Origin: a virus
Lineage: Duplodnaviria; Caudoviricetes
Reading direction: 5' to 3' (one strand)
Length of the DNA stretch: 64,000 nucleotides
Virus record (IMG/VR): IMGVR_UViG_3300044723_007969
The notes below the pieces were generated by a model. That model saw only the letters and a list, made by a program, of their open reading frames with translations. It searched no databases and had not been told where the DNA came from. The translations under genes and the position numbers were made by a program. Below are positions 10,801-20,052 of the stretch, piece by piece. Every line of letters begins with the position of its first letter. The first letter of the stretch is position 1.

Positions 10801-11611
10801 CTGCTGTGCCATCTCCCCAATTGACATCATATCTGTTTGCTCCGCCGCCGATGGCTGATATATTTAAAGTAACTCTTGTGCCTAATGATCCTGCTGTTGG
10901 GTTTGCTGTGTATGTTACACTTTTAACATACGTTGAATTTCTAATATTTTCCATAGTTTCATTTAATCCATCTATGGCATCTGTAACTTTTGTTGTTGAA
11001 GTCAATGAAGTTAATGCACCATCTCCAAATGTTGAGTCGTCTGGTGTAGATAGATCTGTATCCATGCCGGTCACTGCCGCAATCGCACTTGAAAGATTGC
11101 TTGATAAAGTACCTGAAAGAGAAGTTACTGAATCGTCTACATACTTTTTAGTTGATGCATCTGAGTTTGCAGTCGGCTCTCCTACTTCTACTTTTGATAA
11201 TGTAACAGCACCAAAGTCTGTTGTGGTTGATCCATCTTGTGTTGTTGTTCCAAATTTGAATTTTGTTGTGTTTTCGTCCCAAAGCATCATGGCATTGTTG
11301 CCTGCCGCTCCTCTGTTGATCATTACTCCTGAATCATTGCCCACCGATCCTGAGCTGTTCAGGACGATCATGTTGTCTTCTATGGATAAATTTTGTGAGT
11401 CTATTGTGGTTGTGGTACCAGTGACTGTAAGGTCACCAGCAATTCTCGTATTACCGGCAACATCTAATGCAAAATTACCAGGAGATGCTGTACCTACACC
11501 TATTCTACCGTTGGCAACATCAAGATGTAGGAGGGTGTCGTTGAACGACAGATCCGTGCTACGGATAAGGTTCGATTCTAAGGTTTCGCCTGCTATCTTG
11601 TTTATTGCCAT
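7889..11611 (-). CDS. large virion adhesin with PKD-like repeats
   Basis: 1240 aa; PKD-like motifs YDVNWGDGT, YNIDWGD, YTWNFGEG, YDYDFKD; MAI..NL.R N-terminus. Confidence 0.7.
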   Translation of the reverse strand: MAINKIAGETLESNLIRSTDLSFNDTLLHLDVANGRIGVGTASPGNFALDVAGNTRIAGDLTVTGTTTTIDSQNLSIEDNMIVLNSSGSVGNDSGVMINRGAAGNNAMMLWDENTTKFKFGTTTQDGSTTTDFGAVTLSKVEVGEPTANSDASTKKYVDDSVTSLSGTLSSNLSSAIAAVTGMDTDLSTPDDSTFGDGALTSLTSTTKVTDAIDGLNETMENIRNSTYVKSVTYTANPTAGSLGTRVTLNISAIGGGANRYDVNWGDGTAVQTVTTTTPFHDYDENSGQPYTISVKAYNNTAVSGSSGSFANSGDSQTNQVITVYTSQPVPAFAIYAAASGGSPITTANSGDTVYLQNNTTNVAGASTTYNIDWGDTSENDVTGDNGVAGGSSTNGGTRLAHTYNNSANDDGSTVAGTGTGDTKYQIKLRLLTHTTADPAVVPAQATSNFEVYSAHTAAYAANSVRGINEEATNGFPVTFTNNTATLPGANSSFSATQQYTWNFGEGDSNTVVAVGSGSSGDTGNTINNTFNLTSGQQSGGTTVTYNTSLSLANGHTGSPYTANLNIIVEPDVRANIAATSNVVSTKSGDNQYDLYDVVDLDGANRALTTFTNTSQNADNYDYDFKDDSSDLTTIAENGSNAGSIGATLSKNFSGTSAGNFTTRVRAHGTPDTIFQDDEETINWQMNSTPSAPQNLSAVSLTLSDSAQGTSPKLCHGFTDNSSSFTSQSAGDSLNTTTARRYTSGTINTNTCTNFLTNNSNGTGSTVNQTLTAKINNASKGARTFTTAEGGANNTTDDTLVITNHRDADEVLTLPQRMFLVATAKITEALTDYSVGSNAQRLESSAGGNTNIVHVVRDDITAVPTTAIGTVAEGTAGSKRYVSGVPYYNTGSPTVTVTGTTIANFTGQAYQDTNSPHQVHNDTNQESTSDDAITDSAYTYAQVDGSTTMLSSNIPKTDIGVGSAYTIGAVTVPISTATNVKSVKTIRARSKNANGTGAYNSSATKIQVYRGTLATLDNEAGGITVSDSLGDGSTHTDDALRITGFGSSSDTPSFNSATNYYTSNAWSGAVTVAGTTEAISRFGTIKHFTTDLSSGYLPVGPDLNTSRDGGEAQYYTFAFRRTPVSQFSITMSGRVSGMFIAMPGTAIDSASDANGWLDCSSQYAGAGVPGADTGNGGNGSNGCAKTGGDRVVDNTTYSNEQFTFTLGTESLANSVGNTCLVRIKLNSGDSVTALSVGVAE

Positions 11612-11674
11612 AATACTACATTCATATTTACCAGAACGTCACACGGTTGGAAACACACACTAAATAGTCATTAT

Positions 11675-12541
11675 ATGGCACTATTACCTATCAACAAATC
11701 GGACAAAGTATCTAAATCTAGAATCGCTATACAGCAGATAGATCTACACAACAATGCTATAAGTGGAGATGTGATTGATGGCGGAACAATAACGAATTTC
11801 AACTCCACCGGGATCAAAGACACCGCAGATTCTATAAATTTAGTGGTCAACAATGACGTTGTCGAAGTTGCATCGGATCTAAACGTCAAAGGCACAATCA
11901 GGGTAGAGAATCTAGAATACGTGTCAGCACAGGTCCCTAAGTTGAATGTCACCGAAGCAGTAATGGTTGATCACAACGAAGTGCTTTGGAAGGACAGACT
12001 GGGAAAAAGTGTAACAAAAAGTCACTTATCCGAATTGGGCATACTTAAAAATTTACAAGTGCGTAATACTTTCTACGTAGCAGATGGTAGGGTAGGAGTG
12101 AACACAACGGCCCCTAGTGCAGACTTCTCTGTGAACTCGGGTGGCTATGAAATAATAACAACAATGCAGGAGTCAAATGCATATGTTGGCACTCACACCC
12201 ATGTTGCTTTTGCCATAGGAACAGACAACACACCGAGAGTCACATGTAGAGCAAACGGAGATGTGGTCGTTGGAACAGAGACAGGCAGACCCATAAACAT
12301 GAGTGTGTATGGTCAGGTCGGCGTCAATGTCAAATATCCCCAAGAAAGCCTGCACGTGGACGGAAACATCAAATTCGCAGAGAGAACATTTGCTTCTGGA
12401 CAGAAAGAACCAACTGAAGGTAGATGGGACACAGGTTCTGTGATTTGGAATGAGAAGCCTGCGTTGAACCAACCAGTTGGATGGGTTTGTCTTAAAGGTG
12501 GCAAGCCGGGTAACTGGCGTCCCTTTGGTATAATTTACTAG
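11675..12541 (+). CDS. fibre-like structural protein
   Basis: RVGVNTTAP and VGVNVKYP..LHVDGNI fibre motifs; C-term G..IWN..P..GWVC..GG.PG.W; TAAATA 8 nt upstream. Confidence 0.6.
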   Translation: MALLPINKSDKVSKSRIAIQQIDLHNNAISGDVIDGGTITNFNSTGIKDTADSINLVVNNDVVEVASDLNVKGTIRVENLEYVSAQVPKLNVTEAVMVDHNEVLWKDRLGKSVTKSHLSELGILKNLQVRNTFYVADGRVGVNTTAPSADFSVNSGGYEIITTMQESNAYVGTHTHVAFAIGTDNTPRVTCRANGDVVVGTETGRPINMSVYGQVGVNVKYPQESLHVDGNIKFAERTFASGQKEPTEGRWDTGSVIWNEKPALNQPVGWVCLKGGKPGNWRPFGIIY

Positions 12542-12553
12542 AAATATTTTTTA

Positions 12554-13030
12554 TTATTCGCCTAGTTTAGCAAGGCCGTGAACTATTGTGACTATGTGTC
12601 CACCTGTGGCGCCGTCGTTTCCTGGAGGTGCTGAACCAAAAGTGATCTGTGCCGCTGTGCCTGTACCTGATATGGAATAGTTTGTTGTTGGTACCTGGTA
12701 TACACCACCAACGAATACCATTATGTCTGTTGCATCACTGACACCTACTGAGAAAGTTGCAGTCGATGAATCATCTATGCTTGAACCTGCACCGTTTCCA
12801 AAAACGGTAGTAGATCCATCACCCTGGAATCTGTCTATTGTGATTGTTTTCTGTCTTGATGCTTCTGATATGTTGTACCAGGCCGCACCATTGTATGCTT
12901 GATACGTTGAAGTAGTTTTGTTGTAGAGTATCTGTCCATTAGATCCTGATGGTCTTTGAGCTGTTGTGACGCTTGGAATTTCTACTGTGGACCCTTGTGT
13001 CAACTCTGGGTTTTTAGCATATCTACCCAT
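12554..13030 (-). CDS. small virion structural protein
   Basis: P..TTAQRP..GQI.YN module plus GDGSTTVF..VFVGGVYQ.P..NY module. Confidence 0.65.
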   Translation of the reverse strand: MGRYAKNPELTQGSTVEIPSVTTAQRPSGSNGQILYNKTTSTYQAYNGAAWYNISEASRQKTITIDRFQGDGSTTVFGNGAGSSIDDSSTATFSVGVSDATDIMVFVGGVYQVPTTNYSISGTGTAAQITFGSAPPGNDGATGGHIVTIVHGLAKLGE

Positions 13031-13035
13031 GGTTA

Positions 13036-13347
13036 TTATAATCCTATAGTTGAGATAGTTGCGTTAAACTGTGCCGCTGAATCTGGAGCCGCTATCCAAA
13101 CTTTAGCACCCGATTCTAAAATCATTTTCTCTGTGTCTATGATATAAGTGTCTCTGGCTTTGATCGTCAATTGAGAATACACTAGATGGTTAGCAGTTGC
13201 TGATACACCATTTGGTGTTACATATACGTCAACTGTTCCGTCGCCGTCTGTTTTATTTGTAATGTAAATCACTGTAACTGCCGTGTCCGCAGACGCAGTG
13301 AAGGCCGCTGTTACCGCCGTTCCTACTTGAAAATTTGTTATTGCCAT
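13036..13347 (-). CDS. small beta-rich virion protein
   Basis: 103 aa, tightly packed in the structural operon. Confidence 0.6.
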   Translation of the reverse strand: MAITNFQVGTAVTAAFTASADTAVTVIYITNKTDGDGTVDVYVTPNGVSATANHLVYSQLTIKARDTYIIDTEKMILESGAKVWIAAPDSAAQFNATISTIGL

Positions 13348-13350
13348 ATC

Positions 13351-14193
13351 TTATCCTAACGCAATGGCCAATGCCGTTGCTTTGCTTTTACTTATCAGTT
13401 CTCCTACGGTGCCAGTTGCGATGTTTGAGTTTCTAAAATAGAGACCAGTTCCTCCGCCACCTGCTGTTTTGTTGTATAATATTGTTTGTGCTGTTGCTGT
13501 TGGATCTGTTGCCATTGCTGAAAATGTTAGTGTGTCGTTAACGACCACGTTACCAGTTCCGCTGGCTTTCAATACAAGATCATCATTGGATCTTGTGGCT
13601 GTCACAACATTATCAACTATTGATACAGCATCGTTGGCTATTGAAGTTGTTGCTGTGATGTTGCCTGTGACTGCTAATACTGTTCCGTCAAATGTTAAAT
13701 TTGCTTCGCCTTGTATTGCGTCCGGACCAGTGATAGTTGTCACTTGATTGTTTGTTGAACCCGATAAACTTACACTACTCGTAGAGTCTACATAAGTTTT
13801 TGTTGCCGCATCTGATCCTGCTGTTGGTTCAGCAACCTGTATTTTTGCCAGTGCCGTATCTACTATCGCATTACCGGTGCCATCTGATGTTGTTGTGACT
13901 GCTTTAAAAACATCGTCACCCTCGTTCCAGTAGATCGCCGCGTTGTTGGCCGCACCTCTGTTTATTAGTATACCTGCGTCAATGTCTGACGGAGTTGAAT
14001 TGTTTCTGCTTAGGATTATGATAGGGTCTTCAATAGTAAGTGATGCTGTGTCTATGACTGTGTTCGTTCCTTCAACGTCGAGGTCACCTTTGACAACAAC
14101 TCTTCTTGAATCTAAGACAATATCTTTTGTACCTGCCGCACCCGTGCCGGCTTGTATAGTGTAATCATCTGAGGTACGTAAATTCTTTGCCAT
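13351..14193 (-). CDS. virion structural protein (fibre/decoration)
   Basis: GDLDVEG..IEDPII.L..AGILINRG..WNE..D.F; DAATKTYVD; C-term KSKATALAIALG. Confidence 0.65.
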   Translation of the reverse strand: MAKNLRTSDDYTIQAGTGAAGTKDIVLDSRRVVVKGDLDVEGTNTVIDTASLTIEDPIIILSRNNSTPSDIDAGILINRGAANNAAIYWNEGDDVFKAVTTTSDGTGNAIVDTALAKIQVAEPTAGSDAATKTYVDSTSSVSLSGSTNNQVTTITGPDAIQGEANLTFDGTVLAVTGNITATTSIANDAVSIVDNVVTATRSNDDLVLKASGTGNVVVNDTLTFSAMATDPTATAQTILYNKTAGGGGTGLYFRNSNIATGTVGELISKSKATALAIALG

Positions 14194-14212
14194 TTGCTAT
14201 TATTTATGTAAG

Positions 14213-14240
14213 AAAAGGGGGAGCGTGTAACTCCCCCTTT
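14213..14240 (-). terminator. rho-independent terminator
   Basis: AAAGGGGGAG-7 nt loop-CTCCCCCTTTT. Confidence 0.85.
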
Positions 14241-14258
14241 AAAGCACGTATTGTTCTA

Positions 14259-14693
14259 TTATCTAACGTCGATGTTCGCTTTGTCGGAATCCTGACCTTC
14301 GTCAGTACCCTCTGCTTTAAGCGTGTAAGGTTTGCTACCTTCAGCACCGCCGGCAGTTACATAATGAATTGTGTTGTTGAAGAACTTACTTACGTAAGCA
14401 ACTGTTGAGTCATCTAAGATAACTTGTACACAGAATTCACCAACGCCACTCGTGTTGTCGTTCGCGAGTGAACCTGGAGCAACTGCTTTAAGCATCATTA
14501 CTACTTCAGTTGAATCTTCTAAGTGTATCTTGAATAACCTAGATGATCTTTGTGCAACAACGTAAGCCACTGTGGAATCAACTTTTGCTCCACCGAATGG
14601 TCTGTAAGCCGTAACCGCAATTTTACCAGAAAGGTCTCCGCCGAATGCGCCAGAGGCTCCTGATATCTTGTTTTTGTTTATTGGTCTTCCCAT
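14259..14693 (-). CDS. probable head-associated structural protein
   Basis: 144 aa, MGRPINK N-terminus, strong SD, codon bias like the capsid gene, downstream of the capsid gene. Confidence 0.55.
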   Translation of the reverse strand: MGRPINKNKISGASGAFGGDLSGKIAVTAYRPFGGAKVDSTVAYVVAQRSSRLFKIHLEDSTEVVMMLKAVAPGSLANDNTSGVGEFCVQVILDDSTVAYVSKFFNNTIHYVTAGGAEGSKPYTLKAEGTDEGQDSDKANIDVR

Positions 14694-14700
14694 TTGTTTT

Positions 14701-14801
14701 CTCCTTTAAAGGAGTCCAATCCTAGTTCTCCTAGGTACGCGGTTGTTATCCGCATAAGTCTTCTACAGTGGTAGAAGTACGTTTGAACTGTGTGTATTTA
14801 T
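14701..14801 (-). promoter_or_regulatory. late promoter plus structured 5' leader (four hairpins, last one occludes the SD)
   Basis: ATAAATA 14795-14801; stems CTTCTAC/GTAGAAG, TATGCGG/CCGCGTA, CCTAG/CTAGG, and palindrome CTCCTTTAAAGGAG. Confidence 0.6.
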
Positions 14802-14874
14802 TATTTTTTAGGAGTTATAAAGTGTGTGGTTAAAAGGCCGATTCAATATGTCTCCATCGTCGACCTTTAAGTGA

Positions 14875-14982
14875 TTAACCTTGAACTTCCGGTACAGGCT
14901 GACCTGACCAAAGCATCCATGCGAATACGATCACGACTACTGCCGCACCTATCCATAGTTTCTTGTCTTTTAAATGTTTCAT
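14875..14982 (-). CDS. 35-aa single-pass membrane peptide (not in the ORF track)
   Basis: MKHLKDKKLWIGAAVVVIVFAWMLWSGQPVPEVQG; SD AAGGAG and TAAATA (15000-15005) upstream. Confidence 0.65.
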   Translation of the reverse strand: MKHLKDKKLWIGAAVVVIVFAWMLWSGQPVPEVQG

Positions 14983-15072
14983 GATTATCTCCTTAACATT
15001 ATTTAATTAAAGAGTGGCGCAAGATTAAATGGCTCACACCACTCTGAGGTTACGTATTTCTAGATTTTTATA

Positions 15073-15306
15073 TTATTTTCTGTTGTAGATATGATATAAA
15101 ATCCAAACTGCGACCAATCCGATCAACCCTTGATCAGAAAAGCCTTTCAGTACGCCCTGGATGTTTCCGATTACCGAAACATTTGGCCAGAACGGAATAC
15201 CTTGACCATTGAAAAGGATTTCTAAAACAATCCCCAACGCAATTAAACTTACTCCTACGTCGGCAATAGATTTCGCCCATCCTTTTACTTTCATCATGAT
15301 ATCCAT
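15073..15306 (-). CDS. small membrane protein with two hydrophobic segments
   Basis: VGVSLIALGIVLEILF and GLIGLVAVWILYHIY; SD GGAGG; TAAATA at 15352-15357. Confidence 0.7.
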   Translation of the reverse strand: MDIMMKVKGWAKSIADVGVSLIALGIVLEILFNGQGIPFWPNVSVIGNIQGVLKGFSDQGLIGLVAVWILYHIYNRK

Positions 15307-15455
15307 AATTGGACCTCCCTTTGATTTAAAGTTTCTTTCGAAACTCTGAATTATTTAGAAGTCTGCAACCAAAGTAAAACTACAACATTTGGTCTGCGGA
15401 TGGTATGGACACCAAAATAATTTTTAATAAGAGCGGTTAATGAAAATTAAGTCAC

Positions 15456-15485
15456 AAAAAAAGGGCGACCGAAGCCGCCCTTTTT
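15456..15485 (-). terminator. rho-independent terminator after the capsid gene (cUUCGg loop)
   Basis: GGGCGGC-TTCG-GTCGCCC then T7. Confidence 0.92.
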
Positions 15486-15507
15486 GAAATAAAAATAAAC
15501 CTGAGGC

Positions 15508-16692
15508 TTATTTGAATTTTAAGTTTCCTGAAGTTACAGCAACTTTTCCAACGTAGTCAGCCGCGTTACCAAGAGATGATGCAGTGTTTGTTAACTCTAC
15601 ATAACCATATCTTGTTAAGAAACCTACTACCGGTTCGAAAGTTGATGGATCAAGAACAACGCCTGAAGACATTAAAGGTATGTAAGGACAATAGAACGCT
15701 GGAGCGTCTGCCTCACTTGCACCTTTGTAGCCAACTAGTACGTCTGTACTGTCTGCCGCGTAAGCGTCTACGTATACTCTCATCGCACCGTTTAAAGTTC
15801 CAACGAATTTAGTATTTGTTGGTGCTTCAAATGTACCCTCAGTCGATCTTGCGAATGCTGAAGTTGTTGCTGATTGAAGAATAGTTAAAGCAGTTGGAGA
15901 TACTACTGCGTAGTTTCCAGCGCCTCTTCTAGTTCTTGAAGCGATTTGGTTAGCAACTCTATTGATTAGAACAGCCAATGCCGCGTGTTCATCACCAACG
16001 AATGTTGCAGTACCTGATACAGCCGCTTGGTCAAAAGTCTCAGAAGCAGTTCCTGCCAATGTTCTTAATGATCCAATTACTTCTTGGTCGATCTCAGCAG
16101 TAATCTCTTGAGCTAATGCCGCCATGATTTCTGCTTCTACATCGATACCTTGTTGTGCTTGTGCATCTTGAGCCGCTTCAAAAGTCCATCTTGCTGATAG
16201 TTTTCTTGATTTAGCCTCAACCGCTTGTTTCAAGATTTGGATAGATAATCTCTTACCTGGTGTACCCTCTAACGCCGCTGTAGAAGAACCTTTTGCGTTT
16301 CCTTCTGTAGTGTCGTCTGCTTGGTTACCTGAGTAAGCTCTAGCAATCTTGAATGGAGATAATGCTTCTTCACCAGCCGTTGCGTTGTTGGCTACTGTGT
16401 CCGCGTATCTTATTCTTAGTGTGTGGATTTGACCTACAGGACCAGTCATCGGTTGTACACCAACGATCTCGTTCGCAATAACAGTCGGCATAACCCTTCT
16501 GATTACTGGTAGGATAACCCTGTTTAACGTAGCAACGTTACCGGCACTTGTTGCACCAGCAGTAGAAGCCTCAGACAAGTATCTTTTAGTGTTTTCTAAC
16601 ACTACGTCCATAGTCTTCTTCTTGTTACCTGCTAAACCTTCAGTTAGAGCGGCTTTAGTTTCGCCCCATTTTGATTCAAATATATCTGACAT
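15508..16692 (-). CDS. gp23: major capsid protein (T4 gp23-like)
   Basis: RRVMPTVIANEIVGVQPMTGP, VEAKSRKLSARWTFEAAQD, FYCPYIPL, F.PVVGFLTRYG. Confidence 0.96.
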   Translation of the reverse strand: MSDIFESKWGETKAALTEGLAGNKKKTMDVVLENTKRYLSEASTAGATSAGNVATLNRVILPVIRRVMPTVIANEIVGVQPMTGPVGQIHTLRIRYADTVANNATAGEEALSPFKIARAYSGNQADDTTEGNAKGSSTAALEGTPGKRLSIQILKQAVEAKSRKLSARWTFEAAQDAQAQQGIDVEAEIMAALAQEITAEIDQEVIGSLRTLAGTASETFDQAAVSGTATFVGDEHAALAVLINRVANQIASRTRRGAGNYAVVSPTALTILQSATTSAFARSTEGTFEAPTNTKFVGTLNGAMRVYVDAYAADSTDVLVGYKGASEADAPAFYCPYIPLMSSGVVLDPSTFEPVVGFLTRYGYVELTNTASSLGNAADYVGKVAVTSGNLKFK

Positions 16693-16716
16693 TTGTAATC
16701 TTCCTTTGTTTAGTTG

Positions 16717-17784
16717 TTATATACCCGCTAACTTACGGATACTTGTTATATCAGCATCTTCCCTTTGTGCTCTGTCGCCGCCTGACTCAGAAAGTATTTT
16801 GGCACCTTCTTTGGTCACAGCCTTGTCAGCCATCACGTGTGGTAGATACTTGTTGAACGAAGCCTCAAGTTTCGCTGTTGAAACTGATTCTAACAACTGA
16901 CTCATTACTTCACTCTTTTCTTTGCCCAATGGTTTGAGCATCTCAGCCATCTTTTCCTTGCGTTCCATCAAGTCCGCTTGTCTCTTGGCTTCCGCCTCCT
17001 TGGACTCAATCACCGCTTGTTTCTCTTCGACGGCCTTCTCAGCGTCTTTTAATTTAAGTGTAGTTTCATCCACAACTCTCATTAACTTCGCAGACTCAGA
17101 TTTCTCATTTAAGTAAGAATTCTGGTACTCCGATGCAAACGCTTCGAATATTTTCTTACCAAAGTTGATTTCTCTAGCAGATGTAATGTCTTCCTTCAAG
17201 CCTTTTAGCTCTTCAGCAAGTTTTTTATTAACTGCAGATTCTACAACTTTAGCAGATCTTGTTATGAAAGCCTCTTTCATCTTAGCCATTTGTTTTTTGG
17301 CTTCGGCTACTAGTTTGACTTTCGTTTCCACAACGCCTTTTTTGTCTTCATGGAACTCTTTAATTTCTTTTGCAAGAGCGTTTACTACGAACTCTTCCAT
17401 TTTCTTAAAGTTTTCATGAACACCTTTTCTGTCGCCGTGTAGTTCTTTTAACTCTTCTGATAGTTTAGATAGGATGAATCCTTCTAATTTAGCAGAATGT
17501 TTGCCTACGTTTTCTTTGTAAGCGATTTTTTCTTGTGCAAGTGCTTTTCTGTCTTCAACGAATTTCGTGATCTCTTCAGATAACTTTTCGTTCATCATTT
17601 TGTCAATAGCCTCGATCATGTTTGCTTTGTCGTGTTCGTATCTTTTAGCAAACTCTTCTCTTAACTCAGCGCCTACAACTTCTTTGTTTTCTTTAATCTT
17701 CGAATCCCAAGCCTCTTGGATGCCTTTTTGCACATCTTCTGAGATCGCTCCTGACTCTACTAATTTTGATATTGCGTCTATCAT
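16717..17784 (-). CDS. gp22: prohead scaffolding protein (gp22-like)
   Basis: E/K-rich coiled coil between protease and capsid genes; C-term RKLAGI. Confidence 0.8.
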   Translation of the reverse strand: MIDAISKLVESGAISEDVQKGIQEAWDSKIKENKEVVGAELREEFAKRYEHDKANMIEAIDKMMNEKLSEEITKFVEDRKALAQEKIAYKENVGKHSAKLEGFILSKLSEELKELHGDRKGVHENFKKMEEFVVNALAKEIKEFHEDKKGVVETKVKLVAEAKKQMAKMKEAFITRSAKVVESAVNKKLAEELKGLKEDITSAREINFGKKIFEAFASEYQNSYLNEKSESAKLMRVVDETTLKLKDAEKAVEEKQAVIESKEAEAKRQADLMERKEKMAEMLKPLGKEKSEVMSQLLESVSTAKLEASFNKYLPHVMADKAVTKEGAKILSESGGDRAQREDADITSIRKLAGI

Positions 17785-17785
17785 G

Positions 17786-18418
17786 TTATTTTAGGTCCTT
17801 TATTATGTTGGTTAGTGCCTCCTTGAGGAACTTTTGTGCTTTTGGGTCATTTCTAACTTCAGCCGCCAACCCTTTTGCCATGTTACCACCCTTTGTATTC
17901 ATTAGGTGTTCGTAAATTGGCGTTGGGTAAGCACCTGGTGCCGAAGGTTGGGCAACAACATCGACTGTGATGATCTCGAAGTCTGAAACTTCGCCGCTTC
18001 CGTATTCGTTCATGTTTCCAGAACCTCTACTTGAAACGCCTAGTTTCACACCTGATTGCAACATAGTTTCGACAAGTTTGCCCATCGGTGTCGGTAGGAT
18101 TTTCATCTTACCGTATCCATTTGGTCCGTCCATCCACATTTCTGTGATCATGTGAGACACACGGTCCAAATTAATCTTTAAATCATCTGGGTGATCCACT
18201 TCACCTAACACAGAGTATCCAGAACTGATCTGATCGTTCAGTGTTTTAGTCGCTTTTGCGATTTCTGACACTGGGTAAACTCTCTGATTAGCGTTCTTGA
18301 TCCCACCTTGAATACAGATACCCTTCATGTACAAATCCTTACCGTCTTTTCCCTCGTGTAAGATCTGCACTCTGGCCTGATCAAATGTTAGATTCTCTCT
18401 TAGGTATAGTGATGCCAT
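17786..18418 (-). CDS. gp21: prohead protease (gp21-like)
   Basis: N.N.RVYP, GEVDHP, GVSSRGSG, TVDVVAQPSAP. Confidence 0.95.
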   Translation of the reverse strand: MASLYLRENLTFDQARVQILHEGKDGKDLYMKGICIQGGIKNANQRVYPVSEIAKATKTLNDQISSGYSVLGEVDHPDDLKINLDRVSHMITEMWMDGPNGYGKMKILPTPMGKLVETMLQSGVKLGVSSRGSGNMNEYGSGEVSDFEIITVDVVAQPSAPGAYPTPIYEHLMNTKGGNMAKGLAAEVRNDPKAQKFLKEALTNIIKDLK

Positions 18419-18445
18419 CCGACGATCTCCCTGTTAAATCAACAA

Positions 18446-19318
18446 TTACTTAGAAGCAACTGGTGATTTTGCTGATTTATCAGAACCATCCGCAGTTGAA
18501 GGTTTAACTTCCTTCATCTTTGGCTCAGTAGTTTGGTTCATGCTTTTCGCTGTTGGAGCCGGTCTTCCTTTTTCTTCTGCTCCGCCTTTAGCGATGTTTG
18601 AACCACCTTGGCCCATTTTTGTGCCTGCGTCTGCTACTGGTGATTTCTTGTTATCAGCATGGTCGGCAGTGTCCGCTTTAGCCATGTTTTTGTATTCTTT
18701 TACAGTTTCTTTGGCTGGTGCTTCTTTGCTTTCCATCTCTGGAGTTAACTCTGGTGCTAAAGATTCTTCTTCTTTTTCTTCTTCACCGTCTTTTTTGTCG
18801 CCCATCATTGCTTCGAATTCTGCCTTTAGTTCATCTAAAGCGTCTTCCAAGTCAACTACTCTGTCTTCAACATCGCCTTCTGCGTCTTTTTCAGCGTCCA
18901 TGTCTGCTGGCATTTCTTCACCTTTATCTGCATCCATTTCGCCTTCTTCTTCTGCTGAGATGTCTTTAACCAATTCGTCAGTTGCGTCGCCGCCTACTTC
19001 TTCAATTGATTCTTCTTCAGTAGTTTCAGATTCAGTTGCTTCGTCTTCGATTTCAACAACTTCGTCTACTTGCTCGTCTTTAGATTCTTCAGTAGTTTCT
19101 TCTACTTTTTCCTCTTCAGATGCTTCAGTTTCTTTAACTTCTTCTTTAGCGTCTTCTTTTGATTCTTCTTTTGCCTCGGCAGTTACTTCTTCGTCTGCTA
19201 GGTTCTCGTAGATGTCTCTTGACTTTTCTACTACGATTTCGTGGAATAAAGCCTCTGCTTTATCGTTTTCTTCATTTATTAGTAATTCTAATAAACTCTC
19301 AAATTTATTGTTTGACAT
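18446..19318 (-). CDS. highly acidic prohead core protein
   Basis: E/D-rich protein upstream of the protease; late promoter at 19368-19373. Confidence 0.65.
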   Translation of the reverse strand: MSNNKFESLLELLINEENDKAEALFHEIVVEKSRDIYENLADEEVTAEAKEESKEDAKEEVKETEASEEEKVEETTEESKDEQVDEVVEIEDEATESETTEEESIEEVGGDATDELVKDISAEEEGEMDADKGEEMPADMDAEKDAEGDVEDRVVDLEDALDELKAEFEAMMGDKKDGEEEKEEESLAPELTPEMESKEAPAKETVKEYKNMAKADTADHADNKKSPVADAGTKMGQGGSNIAKGGAEEKGRPAPTAKSMNQTTEPKMKEVKPSTADGSDKSAKSPVASK

Positions 19319-19425
19319 TTTACACGTGCTCCTTGTTTTATAGTCGATTTGTACTTATAAGTGTTTGTATTTACTGCAAAGGTACGAAAACGGTGGTGTA
19401 ACTGGTGTAAAATGACGTCTTTTTG

Positions 19426-20052
19426 TTATCTTTTAATCTGGAGTTCGAATTTTGCCAGGAATTCTTCAGTTGAGGTGTGTTTCATGTTGTCTGCCCAGGT
19501 CAGATCTTTGGGTTGGAACCATCCCGCAGGCACAACTCTATGGAACTTGACCTCCTTGTAATCTTGTAGGCAACGCTTGGTCTGATTCATCCAGTTGCCG
19601 TAGAACGTGGCCTCGTCGTTGCTTTTCTTGTAGTTCCTTGTGTCCTTGAACATGTTGTTGAAACGGAATCTGTTGTTTTTGTTGCCTTCGGCATGACCTT
19701 GATAGTCAAACCCCAGTATGTAGATCTCCTTGTGTCCTTGGTCACAGGCCAATTTCAATGCTGTTGGACCGCTTGACCAACCCAGACTAGGCTTGAACCA
19801 GTTGACATGATCCATTATTTTCTGGTTTTTGTTGTATTGGTTGTTGAAATTGCTCCATACTTTATTATGTACAGGATAATCTGATTCCGCTATCTCTAAA
19901 ATCATCTTTGGATCAACTGCCACAAGGAAGTCGGGACGGTGTGTTCTGTACACACCATTGCAGGCAAAAACCGTGCCTCGTTCTTTGAGGTCATCGATAT
20001 CGATGCCCTTACGTGATTCACCGTTACCTAGTACGAACGCTATTGATGACAT
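19426..20052 (-). CDS. Maf/DUF115/CstII-like glycosyltransferase-fold protein
   Basis: AFVLGNGESR, FACN..YR..PDFLVAVD, WSSGPTAL..A, IYILGFD. Confidence 0.7.
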   Translation of the reverse strand: MSSIAFVLGNGESRKGIDIDDLKERGTVFACNGVYRTHRPDFLVAVDPKMILEIAESDYPVHNKVWSNFNNQYNKNQKIMDHVNWFKPSLGWSSGPTALKLACDQGHKEIYILGFDYQGHAEGNKNNRFRFNNMFKDTRNYKKSNDEATFYGNWMNQTKRCLQDYKEVKFHRVVPAGWFQPKDLTWADNMKHTSTEEFLAKFELQIKR

